A stretch of DNA of 64,000 nucleotides from Botryllus schlosseri. Its lineage: Eukaryota. How positions within the stretch are numbered: position 1 is the stretch's first letter; every line of letters begins with the position of its first letter. The stretch is from positions 558,001 through 622,000 of the forward strand of contig CM119378.1 of NCBI GenBank assembly GCA_051294905.1, written 5' to 3'. Below the pieces are notes generated by a model, which searched no databases, was not told the DNA's origin, and saw nothing but the letters and a program-made list of their open reading frames with translations. Both the position numbers and the translations under genes were made by a program. Shown piece after piece: positions 60,751-64,000 of the stretch.

Positions 60751-61283
60751 CGGATAAAATATCCGTATATCCGGATAAAATAGGCCACACAGTCTAACAA
60801 CCACGTTTTAACGATTTACGCCAGTAGGACCACAGTGCGGGGATCAAGTCACTGCCTTCGAGTCACAAGTCATCTCGAGTCATTGCACATTTTGACTCTA
60901 GTCAAGTCAAGTCAATCGATTTTCAAAAGTGACTCGAGTAAAGTCAACTTACTCGATTTTTGGAGGTGACTCTATTCAAATCGATTCACGTCAAGTCAAG
61001 TCACGAGTCAAGTTGAATTTTCAAAGTACAAGACATGAAGTCATTGCATTTTGCTAACTGTTTTAAATACAGATGGAATCACCATTTATTCTGAATCGAG
61101 GAACGAATAAAGTGTTGATTACACACGAACAAAGACACTGTATCTCTCACGCGTACGTATAAGTTCTGATCAACGACAGCAGCGATATAGGGATAGCCCC
61201 AGTCTATAATGATCAGTCAAAATACAGGATAATATACGAAACCTCAGAAAGTTGACAAAAAGACATGATGCAATACACTATAC

Positions 61284-63798
61284 CAGTGGTTCTCAACCTT
61301 TTTAACCTCGCGGCACACTTTGAAAATGAAAAACAGTTCGCGGCACATTAGCGCAGGAAGCCAAACGCATTTCCATGCAGATCGTGTAATAGCTTCTGTG
61401 AGGATAGCAATACCTCAATAGTCTTACTGGCAGCCAGCCGCTGTTCAATTGCAGTTCCAACAAATCGGGATAATAAACCCCAAGGCCTGTGAAATTTGTA
61501 AACTGATATAATTTGATCAACTTTACTTCTCAATTTTCAAATTTGTCGCCTGCAACATTATGTTGAGCCTACATTTTGCCTGCAGTGCTGGCACGCTACC
61601 TAACAATCGCAATGTGAATGGCTATGTTGGCAATTCTAATTTGTAAACGTGAACATCACTTCCAAATAAGTTCATTTCTCGATGGTGGGAATGCCTTCTT
61701 AGGTGTTGGAGGTTTATATTGGCTCCTACTCGTCCTCCGATCTGCAAAAGCAGTGTCTCACGAAAAGTGGGCCGTGCTATAAGTTGGCATCTCAGGAATC
61801 AAAATAAGTAATATCGGTATGGTATAAAACAGTGGTTCCCAACCTTTTTCAGTGTCAGGGCCAAATTTAGAATTTCAGAGTACGGTCGGGGCCGCACGAA
61901 TGCCAGGGCAATGAAACGGACCCAAAATAGTCATCAAAATATAAAAATTGGCATTGTTCCGATCAATCGCTTGACGCCATTGGCCATTGTTATGGTCATT
62001 GTGTTGCTGCGCTCCTATTGTTCGGAACAATCGACCTTTGGTGGCTATTTCGGAGTAGTTTTATTGCCCTGGCGAGATTTAAATTTGTATTTTTGGAATC
62101 AGTGCGAAACTAGCTTTCGACATAAGACCGGACCTATCCAATTATGCGGACGCCTCGGTCGTGAGCTATAGGACTACAAATTATGCTGCTGTCGGGGCGA
62201 TTTAGTGAGTCAGGTTTAATCGGCCGAGCCGAGGGAGGTGTCTTTGAAAAGGTAGGACCCCTCAATAATAATTAAACATCTTCGGGCGTATACCCGTTGG
62301 CAGGAACGAAACAGCACTTCATCAGCCCCCCCCCACACACAAAAAAAACTTGGGTCTTGTGCTCCCATAGGGTGATAAACCTACCTATATCACCTTGTTC
62401 GCTTTTGCCCCGAAACTAGTTGTAGGCCTACTGTTAAGTGAGCCAGCTCGAAGTGCGAAAATTTTCGATAATTCATGATAAAATCTGTCGATATGATCGA
62501 TAATTGCATATATATTGCTATCAATTTCTTGTCCTCGCTGCTCACGTAATCAGATTTACCGATAGAGCTGAGTGCGAGATGTCTTGGAAACTGTATAGGG
62601 CCCATTAGTATGATTCCGTAACATGTTATTTTGTGACATCCTGTCTGCTATATCAAAAAAATATAGAATCGCCCAAACGTAGGCTTCGAAATTCAGAGAC
62701 GCACACGATTTCAAATTGGTATTTCTTCACTGGAATAAAATTTTCCCCTGCGGGATGGTATTTGTCTCCTGAGGTTCAGATTGCCAAAACAGTATTTTGT
62801 GTATATAACGAAGTGTTTGGTCAGCACAAGGGCAATCCTGTTCGGCCAAGGTTTTCTCGCTACCGATCGTTCTGACACACTTCTTGGAGTCGCCTGTTAC
62901 ATGGCCTAAAACTTAATATGTCTTGGTGCGTCGTGGCTCGTTAATGGCCAACGCCGATATGCCCAACGCCCATTTCTATAAATCTTGCGCATTTTTTCTT
63001 GGGGATGAGTACCCAAAAATCAAGATATTTGGCAGCATGAAATCACGCCTAGGCCAAAAAAAATTGGAAAAGATGCATAATTTCCAATAAATACTCTATA
63101 ATTTATGCTAATTCACGAACTAATTTTGAGCCCTGTTCGAGCTCTCCCCCCCCCCTTCATTGGGGGTTTGGCGTGCGGCAGTTTTGGTCCTGTCTTTACC
63201 TATATCTATAGCTACTGCTCGTTCAACTGGAAAGTTATGGCGCATTGCACTGAAACAGCAGTGAGATAACGATAGCAGTCTACTCACGACTTTCCTGGAA
63301 TGCTAATTAAAAACTCCAACTCCAAGCCAAGCAAGTGTATCTTATAAATATAAATTTTATTTTTTTGTCACTCGATTTCCTAATATTTTTTGGGGGCCGC
63401 AAGAAGGCTAGCTGGGGGCCGCATGCGGCCCTCGGGGCCGTGGTTGGGAATCACTGGTATAAAATGATCATCGATAACGAAGACAGGACACGAATACGAC
63501 TACAAATAGACACAGAAAAAGGTCATCAACTGCTTCATGTCCCTGTTCTGCCTCCGGCTCTGATGGGGTGACAAGTAAAAAGTCACCTTCGGCCACACCT
63601 CAACATCACGGTCCAATTGCCCGAGTTTTGTTATCTACCACCGTCCTAAATGGTACTATATGTGGGCGAACTAGCGTATCACACCCATTGACGGTGTAGG
63701 CCCAGTTTCATTCATGGCAGTGCAGTAGCAAGTTACGAAGCGTCGTGGATTTATGAAATTCTCCGACCCTATACGTTACTGTGCTCAGAGCGTCTTTA
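61284..63798 (-). mobile_element. Sister copy of the 39291-40964 Buster element, with nested hAT MITE 61830-63456 (TSD GTATAAAA)
   Basis: Reverse-complement homology to 39580-40400 and 40900-40964. Confidence 0.8.
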
Positions 63799-64000
63799 CT
63801 AGCTGTTTGACACACAGATCAGGTATGGTCATTCATTTTGAATCGATGAACGATTATAGAGTTTAGTATACATCAGAAAGGCGCTGTATCGCTCGCACAT
63901 ACTTAGAACTGCTGAACTAGGGAAATAACTGTATAGCGTCAATCTATATAATCATCAGTCAAAATACAAAATAGAATACGAGACCGCCGAAAGTATAAAC

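Noticed and set aside
1254..63571. Most 60-150 aa ORFs in the supplied track
   Set aside because: They are antisense or off-frame shadows of exons and LINE ORFs, or chance ORFs in MITEs with non-ATG starts and no recognisable motifs.

Overview
Eukaryotic (metazoan invertebrate-type) genomic DNA with GT-AG introns and a high transposon load. Three host genes were reconstructed by hand. (1) The 5' end of importin-9 (IPO9), minus strand, 583..<1. (2) A complete 14-exon CCT2/TCP1-beta chaperonin gene, minus strand, 24173..6850, 535 aa. (3) A divergently transcribed 8-exon, 380-aa gene, plus strand, 33110..43554, joining a P-Rex-like DH (RhoGEF) domain to a DAPP1/Bam32-like PH domain. Introns and intergenic DNA contain hAT, Tc1/pogo, CACTA and Harbinger derivatives, CR1/L2-group LINE tails and a tRNA-derived SINE. 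Region 43.9-60.8 kb is a nested transposon stack at least 7 layers deep, containing a reconstructable I-group LINE. The most unexpected signal is a dispersed repeat carrying a minimal type I hammerhead ribozyme motif of the Penelope/retrozyme kind. One copy is intact (17557-17592, antisense to CCT2, in an inverted pair). All copies lying sense to the host pre-mRNAs look degenerate. Homology calls come from recalled motifs, not database searches.
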